64,000 bases of DNA, taken from contig NC_086108.1 of the NCBI RefSeq assembly GCF_963921235.1, forward strand, positions 5,146,001 through 5,210,000. The letters are read 5' to 3'. The notes under the pieces are model-generated. The model was not told the origin of the DNA, did not search any database, and saw only the letters and a list, made by a program, of their open reading frames with translations. Both the position numbers and the translations under genes were made by a program. The stretch is from Mobula hypostoma. Taxonomy: Eukaryota. Positions 30,001 to 41,184 of this stretch are shown here, in pieces; position 1 is the stretch's first letter, and every line of letters starts with the position of its first letter.

Positions 30001-32018
30001 TAGCAGTGTCAGGGGTTACAGTTGGGTGAACCCCTGTAGAGTATCAGAGGTTACAGTGATGGCTGGGAATCCCTCTACGAGTGTCAGTGTTTACAGTGAG
30101 GGGGGAATCCCTGTACGTGAGTCAGTGTTTACAGTGAGAGGGGCAAATCCCTGTCTGAGTGTCAGTGTTTACAGTAGGGGGGGATTCTCTCTACAAGTGT
30201 CAGTAGTTACAGTGGGGGGGGGTGGAAATCCCTGTACGAGTGTCAGTGGTTACAGTGATGGGGGAATCATTGTATGAGAGTCAGTGGTTAGATTCGGGGG
30301 GGGGAATCCCTGTACGAGTGTCAGTGGTTACAGTGAGGGGGGTAATCCCTGTACGAGTGTGAGTGGTTACAGTGAGGGGAGGGGGAATCCCTGTATGAGT
30401 GTCAGAGGTAACAGTGATGGGAGGGGGAATCCCTGTACCAGTGTCAGTGGTCACATTGAGGGGGGATTCCCTATACGAAGGTCAGTGGTTACAGTGAGGG
30501 GGGGAATCCCTGTACGAGTGTCAGTGGTTACAGTGAGGGGGGGAATCCCTGTACGAGTGTCAGTGGTTACAGTGAGGGGGGAAATCCCTGTATGAGACTC
30601 AGTTGTTAGATTCGGGGGGAGGATCCCTGAACGAGAGTAAGTGGTTACAGTGAGGGGGGTGATCCCTGTACGAGTGTCCGAGGTTACAGTGAAGGGGGAA
30701 TCCCTGTACGAGTGTCAGTGGTTACAGTGAGGGGGGGAATCCCTGTACGAGTGTCAGTGGTTACAGTGAGGGGGGGTAATCCCTGTACGAGTGTCAGTGG
30801 TTACAGTGAGGGGGGGGAATCCCTGTACGAGTGTCAGTGGTTACAGTGAGGGGGGAATCCCTGTACGAGTGTCAGTGGTTACAGTGAGGGGGGGATATCC
30901 CTGTACGAGTGTCAGTGGTTACAGTGAGGGGGGAATCCCTGTCTGAGTGTCAGTGTTTACAGTGAGGGGCGGAATCCCTGTACGAGTGTCAGTGGTTACA
31001 GTGAGGGGAGGGGGAATCCCTGTACGAGTGTCAGTGGTTACAGTGATGGGGGGGGGGAATCCCTGTACGAGTGTCAGTGGTTACAGTGAGGGGGGGAATC
31101 GCTGTACGAGTGTCAGTGGTTACAGTGAGGGGGGAATCCCTGTACGAGTGTCAGTGGTTACAGTGAGGGGGGGAATCCCTGTACGAGTGTCAGTGGTTAC
31201 AGTGAGGGGAGGGGGAATCCCTGTACGAGTGTCAGTGGTTACAGTGATGGGGGGGGGAATCCCTGTACGAGTGTCAGTGGTTACAGTGAGGGGGGAGATC
31301 CCTGTACGAGTATCAGTTGTTACAGTGAGGGGGGGAATCCCTGTACGAGTGTCAGTGGTTACAGTGAGGGGGGAATCCCTGTACGAGTGTCAGTGGTTAC
31401 AGTGAGGGGGGGAATCCCTGTACGAGTGTCAGTGGTTACAGCGAGGGGGGAATCCCTGTACGAGTGTCAGTGGTTACAGTGAGGGGGGAATCCCTGTACG
31501 AGTGTCAGTGGTTACAGTGAGGGGGGGAATCCCTGTACGAGTGTCAGTGGTTACAGTGAGGGGGGGAATCCCTGTACGAGTGTCAGTGGTTACAGTGAGG
31601 GGGGGAATCCCTGTACGAGTGTCAGTGGTTACAGTGAGGGGGGAATCCCTGTACGAGTGTCAGTGGTTACAGTGAGGGGGGACACCCTGTATGAGTGTCA
31701 GTGGTTACAGTCAGTGGGGGAAATCCCTGTACGAGTGTCAGTGGTTACAGTGAGGGGGGGGGAATCCCTGTACGAGTGTCAGTGGTTACAGTGAGGGGGG
31801 AATCCCTGTACGAGTGTCAGTGGTTACAGTGAGGGGGGGATCCCTGTACGAGTGTCAGTGGTTACAGTGAGGGGGGAAATCCCTGTACGAGTGTCAGTGG
31901 TTACAGTGAGGGGGGGGAATCCCTGTATGAGTGTCAGTGTTTACAGTGAGGGGGGGGAATCCCTCTACGAGTGTCAGTGGTTACAGTGAGGGGGAAATCC
32001 CTGTACGAGTGTCAGTGG
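1..32018 (+). repeat. Large tandem satellite/minisatellite array, ~38-41 bp unit AATCCCTGTACGAGTGTCAGTGGTTACAGTGA(G)5-9, about 800 copies; runs off the left window edge
   Basis: A nearly invariant 32-nt core repeats head-to-tail, separated by G-runs with occasional A/T/C interruptions. Copy number is estimated as 32 kb / ~39 bp. The + strand is strongly G-rich. Confidence 0.99.
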
Positions 32019-32026
32019 ATGGAATG

Positions 32027-32028
<2 letters not shown>

Positions 32029-32065
<37 letters not shown>
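32029..32065 (+). repeat. (TG)n microsatellite capping the array
   Basis: About 18 perfect TG units immediately after the last partial unit. Confidence 0.97.
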
Positions 32066-32066
<1 letters not shown>

Positions 32067-32189
32067 CACACTGAGGGAATCCCAGTGTGTGTCATTGTTT
32101 ACCCCGAGGGATCTCTGTGTGTGGGTCAGTGTTACCAGTGTGGAAATGCTGCCTTGTTACTCTGTTCATAGCAGTGATATTCTACCACT

Positions 32190-32560
32190 TTGCTTGTGTT
32201 GATGGGCGGGAGATTGCTGCCTCTGTTCCGGGGTTGATACTGGGGGAGGGGGCGATGCTGCCTCCGTGTTAGTGTTTATCCGGGGTAAGGGTTGAGGATG
32301 CTGCCTCTGTGTTGGTGTTTACACTGGGGGGTGTTGCTGCCTCTGTGCCAGTGTTTACACCGGGGGGGGGGGGGGCGCTGCCTCTGTGCCAGTGTTTACA
32401 CCGGGGGGGGGGGGTCCGCCTCTGTGCCAGTGTTTACACCCGCGGGGGGGTGCCACTGTGCCAGTGTTTACACCGGGGGGGGGGGGTGTCTGCCTCTGTG
32501 CCAGTGTTTACACGGTGGGGGCGATACTGCCTCTGCGCTGGTGTTCACAGTGCATGAATG
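32190..32560 (+). repeat. Second short minisatellite, unit ~GCTGCCTCTGTGCCAGTGTTTACACC(G)n, ~35-40 bp
   Basis: About 9-10 units. The central copies (32336-32520) are near-identical and the flanking ones are degenerate. Confidence 0.9.
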
Positions 32561-32867
32561 CCCTGTGTCTATCACAGATTTTTCCGATGGGGAGTACCCA
32601 AGAGTGTGAAATGTCTCCAGTGGGATCATTCAGGGGCAGGCACTGTTACCGCCCTGCTGCCCTGAACGTTCCACTCCTTGGTGGCAATTTGTGGGACTGT
32701 ATTGACATTTAAAAGGCTGCATTTTCAGGAATGTCTCTTGGAAACCAGCTACGTATTAACTTTGAGGGGTATTCTCTGTGTGGGAAGTCAACCTTTCAAT
32801 CTAATTACAAATTCCTGCATTGTCTCCTGAATCAGCGTGAAAGATTGTTCCTGTGTTGTGTGGCATA

Positions 32868-32881
32868 CCGCCCTCCAGTGG
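32868..32881 (-). promoter_or_regulatory. Candidate CTCF motif
   Basis: The minus strand reads CCACTGGAGGGCGG, a 13/14 match to CCASYAGRKGGCRS, in non-repetitive-looking DNA. Motif match only. Confidence 0.4.
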
Positions 32882-33409
32882 TCACCCTGTTAATTACATA
32901 ACCGTGTTCCTTTATGAGATATTGATCCATGAAATGGCCCGAAAATCTGACGCTCTGGGTGGATCAATGGGACAATAGAATTATCAACTCTGTAACAATT
33001 GATTACTTTACTTCCTAAATGCCTGTAAATGTGGCAACCTCCCCTGAGAACATGCTAACAGGAGCTTGTTTAGACCAGAGTCTGTTTCACCGTTCAATGG
33101 CTGGCTTGTATCCCAACCCATTCTTTCCACTTCGCCTTCTTAACCCTTTACATTCTTCCCAAAAAATCTATTCAGCTCCTTTTTAAAGTTTTTATTACCC
33201 ACGCACCCCCCCCCCCCCGCATCCTCAGTATCTGTGATGTTTTCTGTGGAGAGGAGTGGCTCTCTGCAGCTCTCGCCTCCCTGTGGTGAAGAGTTCCCTG
33301 AATGGCTGGACGCGCATTTTAAAATCTGCCCCCAACCCTTGGTTTTGACTGACCAACCAAAAGGCAATTTCTCGACCTCCACCCATTCACCATCATTAAC
33401 CCCTTAGCT

Positions 33410-33976
33410 AGGTATTGAACATAGGGCCTTACGGCACAGCACAATACTGGCACCACAATGTTTAGCCGACCTTTTAATCTACACTATCACCTTTTAATCT
33501 ACACTATAATCACTATGACCCTTCCTTCCCACAAGGCCCTCCATTTTTACTTCTTCATTTGCCTATCTAAGAGTCTCTTAAATGTCCCTGATGAATCTGT
33601 CTCCAGCACCATCCTTGGCAGTAAGTTCCAAGCATTGACCACTTTCTGTGTAAGATGTTTACCTCTGACATCCCCCCCCCCCACCATACTTTCCTCCAAT
33701 CTTCTTAAAATTATGCCCCCTTGTACAGCCATTTCCGCCCTTGGAAAAAGTCTCTGGCTGCCCACCTGAACTGTGCCTCTTATCATTTAGAATGCTTCTA
33801 TAAAGTCACCTCTCATCCTCCTTCACTCCAAAGAGGAAAGCCCGAGCTCACTCAACATGTCCCGATAAGTCACGCTCTCTAATCCAGGCAGCATCCTGGT
33901 AAACCTCCTCTGCACCCTCTCCAGAGCTTCCACATCCTTCCTATAATAATGGACCAGAACTGAACACAATATTCCA
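33410..33976 (-). mobile_element. 5'-truncated CR1 LINE 3' fragment
   Basis: ORF 33547..33786(-) ...QRLFPRAEM...VVNAWNLLP...GTFKRLLDRQM is the CR1 ORF2 C-terminus. It matches the CR1 at 36318..36956. Confidence 0.9.
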
Positions 33977-34693
33977 GCATCCAGTTACAAAATAAAAAGC
34001 AGAATATTTCATTCCATAAAAATCTAAGGTTATAAATGAGTCAGTGCTTGGGTCTGTTAATGCCTTGGGGAAGGAACATGAAGCAGCTAGTGTTTAAACA
34101 GCTCTAATCCGTCGGTCCCAGGACTGGGATTTACGAATCACTCCAGTAACTCAGCTCCGACAGGCTGCTCTGGTGACCAACGGTTCCAGTCTTCCAGATT
34201 CGTGACTTCCTGTGGCCAGGACACTGACTTTTCTCATTTGTTTAGAGGTACAGCACAGTAACACACCCTTCTGGCTCGACAAGCCCGCGCTGCCCAATTC
34301 AACGTTCAAAGTACGTTTATTGTCAAAGTATGTGTACCTTATACAACCTTGAGATTCCTCTCCTAACAGGCAGCCATGTAACAACGAAACCCAACAGAGC
34401 CCATTAAAACAAAAGACCATCTAACGCTCAATGTGCAGAGAAAGAGAGACAAATCATGCAAACAGTAAAAGTAAGCTGAAGTTTACAGAAGTGAGTCCAC
34501 AGCCATCCCTGCAGCCCATCCAGGAGCCTGTTAGTTGCAGGGCACAGCTTCAGTTCAGCACAGTGACGAGTAGACCTCACTGAGCAGCAAGCTGAACCAG
34601 CCCGTCCCTCACCTCTGGCCCCGATACCCTAACCCCTCCAATCCGGCCTGCCGCTTAAAACCTCCCAATCTCAGGTCATTCCTTGTTCTCAGG
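33845..34693 (-). repeat. Left arm of a long-range inverted duplication (partner 62489-63335)
   Basis: Near-identical reverse complement. ORFs 34151..34420(-) and 62762..63031(+) differ at only 3 of 89 residues. Confidence 0.97.
34298..34693 (-). mobile_element. Truncated non-autonomous retroposon; its 3' tail resembles those at 41185 and 49250
   Basis: Shared tail TTCAAAGTA(C)..TTTATT(G/A)TCAAA...TACAACC(T/C)TGAGATT at about 34305, 41195 and 49256. Confidence 0.65.
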
Positions 34694-35496
34694 AGGAAAT
34701 CTATGAGGTCAGAATCAGGTTTAATATCACCGGCATATGTCATGAAATTGTTCTTTTGTGGCAGCAGTGCATTGTGATACATAACAATAAAAAACCTGTG
34801 AATTACTGTAAGTATGTGCACAATAAAAGTAGTGTGGTAGAGCTCATGGGTTCAATGTCCATTCAGAAGAGGGGGAGATGTTCCTGGTTCGTTGAGTGTG
34901 TGGTCGACCAATTAACCAATTAACCAATTAACCTGGATGTCCTGTGCGAGGAAAGTGGAGCACCCGGAGGAAACCGATGCGGTCATCAGGAGAACATACT
35001 TGTTAGCAACCACCTCCCAGAGATGTTCACACATCTCCTCATGCTGGAGACTCAATCCAGAGAGTTTAGATTGAATAGGGAGTTCAGTTAGGTTTGGGAT
35101 GTAAAGCTAGTCTTCGTTACCATGATCCTGAAACTTTGTCTTGCCACCCCTTCCTCATTCAGCTCTGTTTGTGACCGCAGGCTCGTGGTATCTGAAGTGT
35201 CCCAAAGCGTCACCACTAAGCAAAATGGGATTGATACCCCACCAGCATGGGGGAACCTTGGGCAGGAGGTAGAAACAGTAACAGTGGTGACTTTCCCACT
35301 CCAGCTGCGTCCGTCAGTCACACACCCGTCCCATAGATTGTACGAGATGATGGACTCTCGGCCTCACAATCAGCCTTGTCGTGGCCCATGCACTTTATGT
35401 TTGCCTGCACTGGACTTTCTGTCCAACACTTCATTCCACGTTCTGTGATGGCTTTTCCCTTTGCCCTGCCTCGATGTACTGATGTGATGAAATGAC

Positions 35497-35770
35497 CTTT
35501 AACGATCACCTTTAGTTGTTACACATATATTGAGACATTTCTGAAGATTGGCTGAAATGCGTCATTTGCATCAACGAGCAACACAGTCCGAGGATGTGGT
35601 GGGGGCAGCCCGCAAGTGTCGCCACGCTTCCGGCGCCAAAAAGCATGTCTGCAGCTTACTAACCCGTACATCTTTGGGATATGGGAGGGAACCAGAGCAC
35701 CTGGAGGAAACCCATGTGGTCATAGGGAGAACGTACAAACTCCTTACATATAGCAGAGGGAAATTAACCA
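35497..35770 (-). mobile_element. tRNA-derived SINE
   Basis: Core GGGAGG(G/A)AACCAGAGCACC(T/C)GGAGGAAACCCATGTGGTCA, shared with copies at about 34905-35000, 60310-61112 and 61900-62075. Confidence 0.8.
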
Positions 35771-35898
35771 GTGTGTTAGGGCTTATTCTAGTGTTAGAGT
35801 ATATAACAGATATTAACTCAATAGCCGCCAATCTTCAGACATGAATGTATATTGTAAGTTAAATTTAAAATGCAACCCTAAAAAATAAGTATGCTGTT

Positions 35899-38212
35899 TT
35901 GGATACTTTTGTGAAGGATGACACCCCCCCCCCCGCCCCCGGGGAATGCCACAGAGACCGGGTTACTGGCACTGAGCAAGGGTCAATGGTGCAGCAGGGA
36001 AAGAGGGAGAAGAGGGGAGCAGTAGTGATAGGGGATTCAATGGACAGGAGATCTTGTGGATGTGAACAGGACACCCGGATGGTATGTTGCCTCCCAGGTG
36101 CCAGGGTCAGGGATGTCTCAGATCGCATCCCCGGCATTTTAGAGAGTGAGGGAGAGCAGCCAGATGTCTTGGTACATACTGGTACCAATGACATAGGAAG
36201 GAAAAGTAAAGAGGTGCTGAAAGAGATTTTAGAAACATAGGAAACCTACAGCACAATACAGGCCCTTCGGCCCACAAAGTTGTGCTGAACATGTCCCTAC
36301 CTTAGAAATTACTAGGCTTACCCATAGGCCTCTATTTCTCTAAGCTCCATGTACCTATCCAAAAGTCTCTTAAAAGACCCTATCGTATCCGCCTCCACCA
36401 CCATCACCGGCAGCCCATTCCATGCATTCACCACTCTCCGCGTAAAAAATTTACCCCTGACATCTCCTCTGTACCTACTCCCCGGCACCTTAAACCTGTG
36501 CCCTCTTGTGGCAACCATTTCAGCCCTGGGAAAAAGCCTCTGACTATCCACACGATCAATGCCTCTCATCATCTTATACACCTCTGTCAGGTCACCTCTC
36601 ATCCTCCGTCGCTCCAAGAAGAAAAGGCTGAGTTCACTGAACCTGTTTTCATAAGGCATGCTCCCCAATCCAGGCAACATCCTTGTAAATCTCCTCTGCA
36701 CCCTTTCTATGGTTTCCACATCCTTCCTGTAGTGAGGTGGCCAGAACTGAGCACAGTACTCCAAGTGGGGTCTGACCAGGGTCCTATATAGCTGCAACAT
36801 TACCTCTCGGCACCTAAATTCAATTCCACGATTGATGAAGGCCAATACACCGTATGCCTTCCTAACCAGAGTCAACCTGTGCAGTTGCTTTGAGCGTCCT
36901 ATGGACTCGGACCCCAAAATCCCTCTGATCCTCCACACTGCCAAGAGTCTTACCATTAATACTATATTCTGTCATCATATTTGACCTACCAAAATGAACC
37001 ACTTCACACTTATCTGGGTTGAACTCCATCTGCCACTTCTCAGCCCAATTTTGCATCCTTATCAATGTCCCAATGTAACCTCTGACAGCTCTCCACACTA
37101 TCCACAACACCTCCAATTTTTGTGTCATCAGCAAACTTACTAACCCATCCCTCCACTTCCTCATCCAGGTCATTTATAAAAATCACGAAGAGTGAGGGTC
37201 CCAGAACAGATCCCTGAGGCACCCCACTGGTGACTGACCTCCATGCAGAATATGACCCATCTACAACCACTCTTTGCCTTCTGTAGGAAATCCACTTCTG
37301 GATCCACAAAGCAATGTCTCCTTGGATCCCATGCCTCCTTACTTTCTCAATAAGCCTTGCATGGGGTACCTTATCAAATGCCTTGCTGAAATCCATATAC
37401 ACTACATCTGCTGCTCTTCTTTCATCAAAAAATTCAATCAGGCTCCTAAGGCATGACCTTCCTTTGACAAAGCCATGCTGACTATTCTTAATCATATTAT
37501 ACCTCTCTAAGTGTTCATAAATCCTGCCTCTCAGGATCTTCTCCATCAACTTACCAACCACTGAGGTAAGACTTACTGGTCTATAACTTCCTGGGCTATC
37601 TCTACTCCCTTTCTTGAATAAAGGAACAACATCTGCAACCCTCCAATCCTCCAGAACCTCTCCTGTCCTCATTGATGATGCAAAGATCATCACCAAAGGC
37701 TCAGCAATCTCCTCCCTCACCTCCCACAGTAGCCTGCGGTACATCTCATCCAGTCCTGGCGACTTATCCAACTTGATGCTTTCCAAAAGCTCCAGCACAT
37801 CCCCTTTCTTAATATCTACATGCTCAAGCTTTTCAGTCTGCTGCAAGTCATCCCTACAATCGCCAAGATCCTTTTCCGATGATCCTTCATTAGAGAGGAA
37901 GGAAAAGCAATGAAGTTCTGAAGAGAGAATTTAAAGAGTTAGGGGGAAAGCTGAGAAGCAGGACTTCCAGTGTAGTAATTTCTGGATTGCTGCCTGTGCC
38001 ACACGCCAGTGAGGGTAGAAACAGGATGATTTGGCAGATTAATGCGTGGCTGAGAAGCTGGTGCTGAGGACAGGGCTTCAGGTTCTTGGATCATTGAGAT
38101 CTCTTCTGGGGGAGGTATGACCTGTACAAAAGTGATGGGTTTCACCTGAACCTGAGGGGGACCGATATTCTCATGGGCAGGTTTGTTAGAGTTGTTGGGC
38201 AGGGTTTAAACT
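35899..38212 (+). pseudogene. CR1 ORF1 (SGNH/GDSL esterase-like), split at 36232/37896
   Basis: ORF 35899..36240 ends ...GTNDIGRKSKEVLKE. The reading resumes near 37900 with ...EFKELGGKLRSRTSSVVISGLLPVP. Confidence 0.85.
36228..37875 (-). mobile_element. Nested antisense 5'-truncated CR1 (RT + 3' end), better preserved than its host
   Basis: ORFs 37040..37846, 36862..37173 and 36318..36956 carry YRPVSLTS, DFSKAFDKVPH, GVPQGSVLGP and FADDTK. The tail TTTCTAAA lies near 36230. Confidence 0.96.
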
Positions 38213-38385
38213 AATCTGCCAGAATGAGGGGACTCAGGATAGGACGGATGGTAAAAAAGCAAAGATAGTGTGCGGTCAGACTGTCAGGAAGGGCAGGCAG
38301 ATGATAGGACAAAACTGCAGCCAGCAGGGTGAGTAAAAGTGCATTAGGGATGCAGAATCAAAAAGGGTAGCAAATACAGTACTCA

Positions 38386-40490
38386 GTGTTATATCTCAAT
38401 GCACAGAGTATAAGAAATAAATTGGATGATCTTGTTGCACTATTACAGATTGTCAGGTATGATGTTGTGGCCATCACTGAACTGTGGCTGAAGGATGGTT
38501 GTAGTTGGGAGCTGAATGTCCAAGGTTACACGTTGTATCGAAGGGACAGGAGGGTCGGCAGAGGTGGTGGCGTGGCATCAAATCAGTAGAAAGATTTGAT
38601 AGTAGATAGGATCGCAAGATGTTGAATCCTTGTAGGTTCAGTTAGGAAACTGCGAGGGTAAAAGAGCTCTGGTGGCAGTTATATCCAGGCCTCCCAACAG
38701 CAAATGCATGTGGACCACAGATTACAACGGGGAATAGAAAAGGCTTGTCAAAAGGACAATGTTATCATAGTCATGGGAGATTTCAACATGCAGGTCAATT
38801 GGAAAAATCAGGTTGGAAATGGTTCTCAAGAAAGTGAGTTTGTTGAGTGCCTATGGGATGGCTTTTCAGAGCAGTTCGTTGTTGAGCCTACTAGAGGATC
38901 AACTATACTGGCTTAGGTGTTATGTAATGGACCGGAGGTGATTAGGGAGCTTAAGGTAAAGGAACCCTTAGGAGTCAGTGATCATAATATGATTGAGTTC
39001 AACTTGAAATTTGATAGGAAGAAAGTGAAGTGTGACATAACAGTATTTCCGTGGAGTAAAGGAAATTACAATGATATGAGAGAGGAGTTGGCCAAAGTAA
39101 ATTGGAAGGAGCTGCTGGCAGGGATGACAGCAGAGCAGTAATGGTGTGAGATTCTGGAAAATATGAGCAAGGTGCAGGTCAGAAGAAATACTCAAATGGC
39201 CAAATAGAAATTATAGACCAGTCAGCCTGACCTCAGTGGCTGGGAAGATGTTGGAGCCAATTGTTAAGGCTGAGGTTATAGAGTACTTGGTGACACAGAA
39301 CAAGATAGGACAAAGTCAGCACGGTTTCCTTAGGGGAAAATCTTGCCTGACAAACCTTTTGGAATTCTTTGAGGAGATTACAAGTAGGATAGATAAAGGG
39401 GATCCTGTGGATGTTGTATATTTGAACCTTAAGAAGGCCTTTGACAAAGTGCCACACATGAGGCTGCTTACCAAGTTAAGAGTCCATGGTATTACAGGAA
39501 AGTTACTGGCATGGTTAGAGCATCGGCTGATTGGTAGGAGGCAGCGAGTGAGAATAAAAGGATCCTTTTCTGGTTGGCTGTCAGTGACTGGTGGTGTACT
39601 GCAGAGGTCTGTGTTGGGACCACTTCTTCTTATGCTGTATATCAATGATTTAGATGATGGAATAGATGGTTTTGTTGCCAAGTCTGCAGCTGATATAGTG
39701 GAGGGGCAGGTAGTATTGAGGAAACAGGTAGGATGCAGAAGGACTTAGACAGATTAGGAGAATGGGCAAGAAAGTGGCAAATGAAATACATTGTTGGAAA
39801 ATGCATGGTCATGTACTTAGGTAGTAGAAATAAATATGCAGACTATTTTCTAAACGGGGAGAAAATCCAAATATCTGAGATGCAAAGGGACTTGGGAGTC
39901 TTTGTGCAAAATACCCTAAAGGTTAACTTGCAGGATGAGTCAGTGGTGAGGAAGGCAAATGCAATATTAGCTTTCATTTCAAGAGGTCTAGAATACAAGA
40001 GCAAGGATGTGATGCTGAGGCTTTATAAGGCACTGGTGAGGCAGTACCTTGTATACTGTGAACAGTTTTGGGCTCCTCATCTAAGAAAAGATGTGCTGGC
40101 ATTGGAGAGGGTCCAGAGGAGATTCACAAGGATGATTCTGGTAATGAAAGGGTTATCATATGAGGAATGTTTGATGGCTCTGGGTCTGTACTCACTGGAA
40201 TTTAGAAGGATGAGGGGGGGGATCTCATTGAAACCTTTCGAATGTAGAAAGGCCTAGACAGTAGATGTGGACAGTATGTTTCCCATAGTGGGGGAGTCTA
40301 GGACAAGAGGGCACAGCCTCAGGATAGAGGGGCACCATTTAAAACAGAGATGCGGAGAAATTTCTCTAGCCAGAGGGTGGTGAATTTGTGGAATTTGTTA
40401 CCACATTCAGCTGTGGAGGCCAGGTCATTGGGTGTATTTAAGGCAGAGATTGATAGGTTCTTGATTGGACACGGCATGAAAGGTTATGGG
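38386..40490 (+). pseudogene. CR1 ORF2 (APE endonuclease + reverse transcriptase), frameshifted
   Basis: Collinear fragments 38386..38589, 38704..38916, 38917..39141, 39236..39748 and 39733..40257. Confidence 0.93.
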
Positions 40491-40794
40491 GAGATGGCTG
40501 GGGAGTGGGGCTGAGGAGGGGTAAATAAAAGGATCAGCCATGATTGAATGGTGGAGCAGACTCGATTGGCCAAATGGCCTAATTCTGCTTCTATGTCTTA
40601 TGCTCTTATGAAGACCCACAGCTCAGGGTTCAACAACAGCTTCTTCCACACCACCATCAGGTTCCTGAACTGACCTGAAGAACTCTAATTCTACCTTGGG
40701 GTATGCTTCTTTCAACTTTGTCTTATGGTTTTCTTGGCGCTGTGGACAACTGTCAATTGCAAACCAGACAATGCTGATTATCATTCATTCTGGA

Positions 40795-41018
40795 TGTCTG
40801 GAGTGTGGGTGCAAAGGAGGTGTGTGTGAAAAGTATATGTAATTCATTGTAGATACGTTATGACTATAGAATTCTCCTGCTGTTACCTTTGATCTTTACT
40901 ATATAAGATGTCATGTCTCATTGGGTCTTCCTCCAAGAGTGCCTCATTTTGTTGAATAAAACACTTCTGTATTCACTAGCTTCAGCAACTCTCCGCTGAC
41001 TTTGTTCATGTTGCAACA
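40795..41018 (+). mobile_element. LTR-like fragment; homologue at 60475-60742
   Basis: Both copies run TGTCTGGA(G/A)TGTGG...TTGAATAAAACAC...CAACA, with a TG...CA boundary and a poly(A) signal. Confidence 0.65.
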
Positions 41019-41184
41019 ACCAGTGGGATAAAACATTACAGTGACTGCTACGTTAACATGCCGTCCCTCTGTATGGACGGCATTCAAAACTAAGTATTTC
41101 CCCGTACTGCACTGTACGTGGGACAATACAGTCTTTCTCCATTGCGCAGCCAGCAGTGCATGTCCTCAGTTCTGAACTTCATAT

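Larger units (their letters stand above)
35860..40609 (+). mobile_element. Long decayed CR1 LINE (ORF1 esterase + ORF2 endonuclease/RT), interrupted by an antisense CR1
   Basis: ORF1 SGNH-type motifs VIGDS...CCLPGARV...VHTGTNDIG. Endonuclease motifs YLNAQSIRNK, ITELWL, MGDFN and SDHNMI. RT motifs KAFDKVPH and SVLGPLL. 3' tail (TCTTATG)n. Internal deletion near 39200. Confidence 0.95.

Noticed and set aside
1..32018. CRISPR array (32-nt conserved repeat with variable intervening sequence)
   Set aside because: The 'spacers' are only 5-11 nt G-runs, not unique 25-45 nt sequences. There are no cas genes, and the context is vertebrate retroelement DNA.
1..32018. V(D)J recombination-signal array (TACAGTG resembles the heptamer CACAGTG)
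   Set aside because: The essential first C is missing, and there is no ACAAAAACC nonamer at 12 or 23 bp spacing.
1..32018. Telomeric repeat or immunoglobulin switch region
   Set aside because: There are no TTAGGG tracts, the unit lacks AGCT hotspots, and no Ig exons are nearby.
54..32171. Many repetitive ORFs (VRVSVVTVRGGIP / CTSVSGYSEGGNP, and minus-strand Thr/Pro-rich mucin-like IPPLTVTTDTRTG)
   Set aside because: These are translations of the tandem unit. Variable G-run length shifts the frame every few units, most starts are non-ATG, and variation is not codon-structured. Homopolymer errors could hide some frame continuity, but unit lengths also differ through interrupted runs.
34151..34420. 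Duplicated 89-aa gene (also 62762..63031)
   Set aside because: The ORF crosses retroposon tails. Its identity simply reflects the DNA-level inverted duplication.
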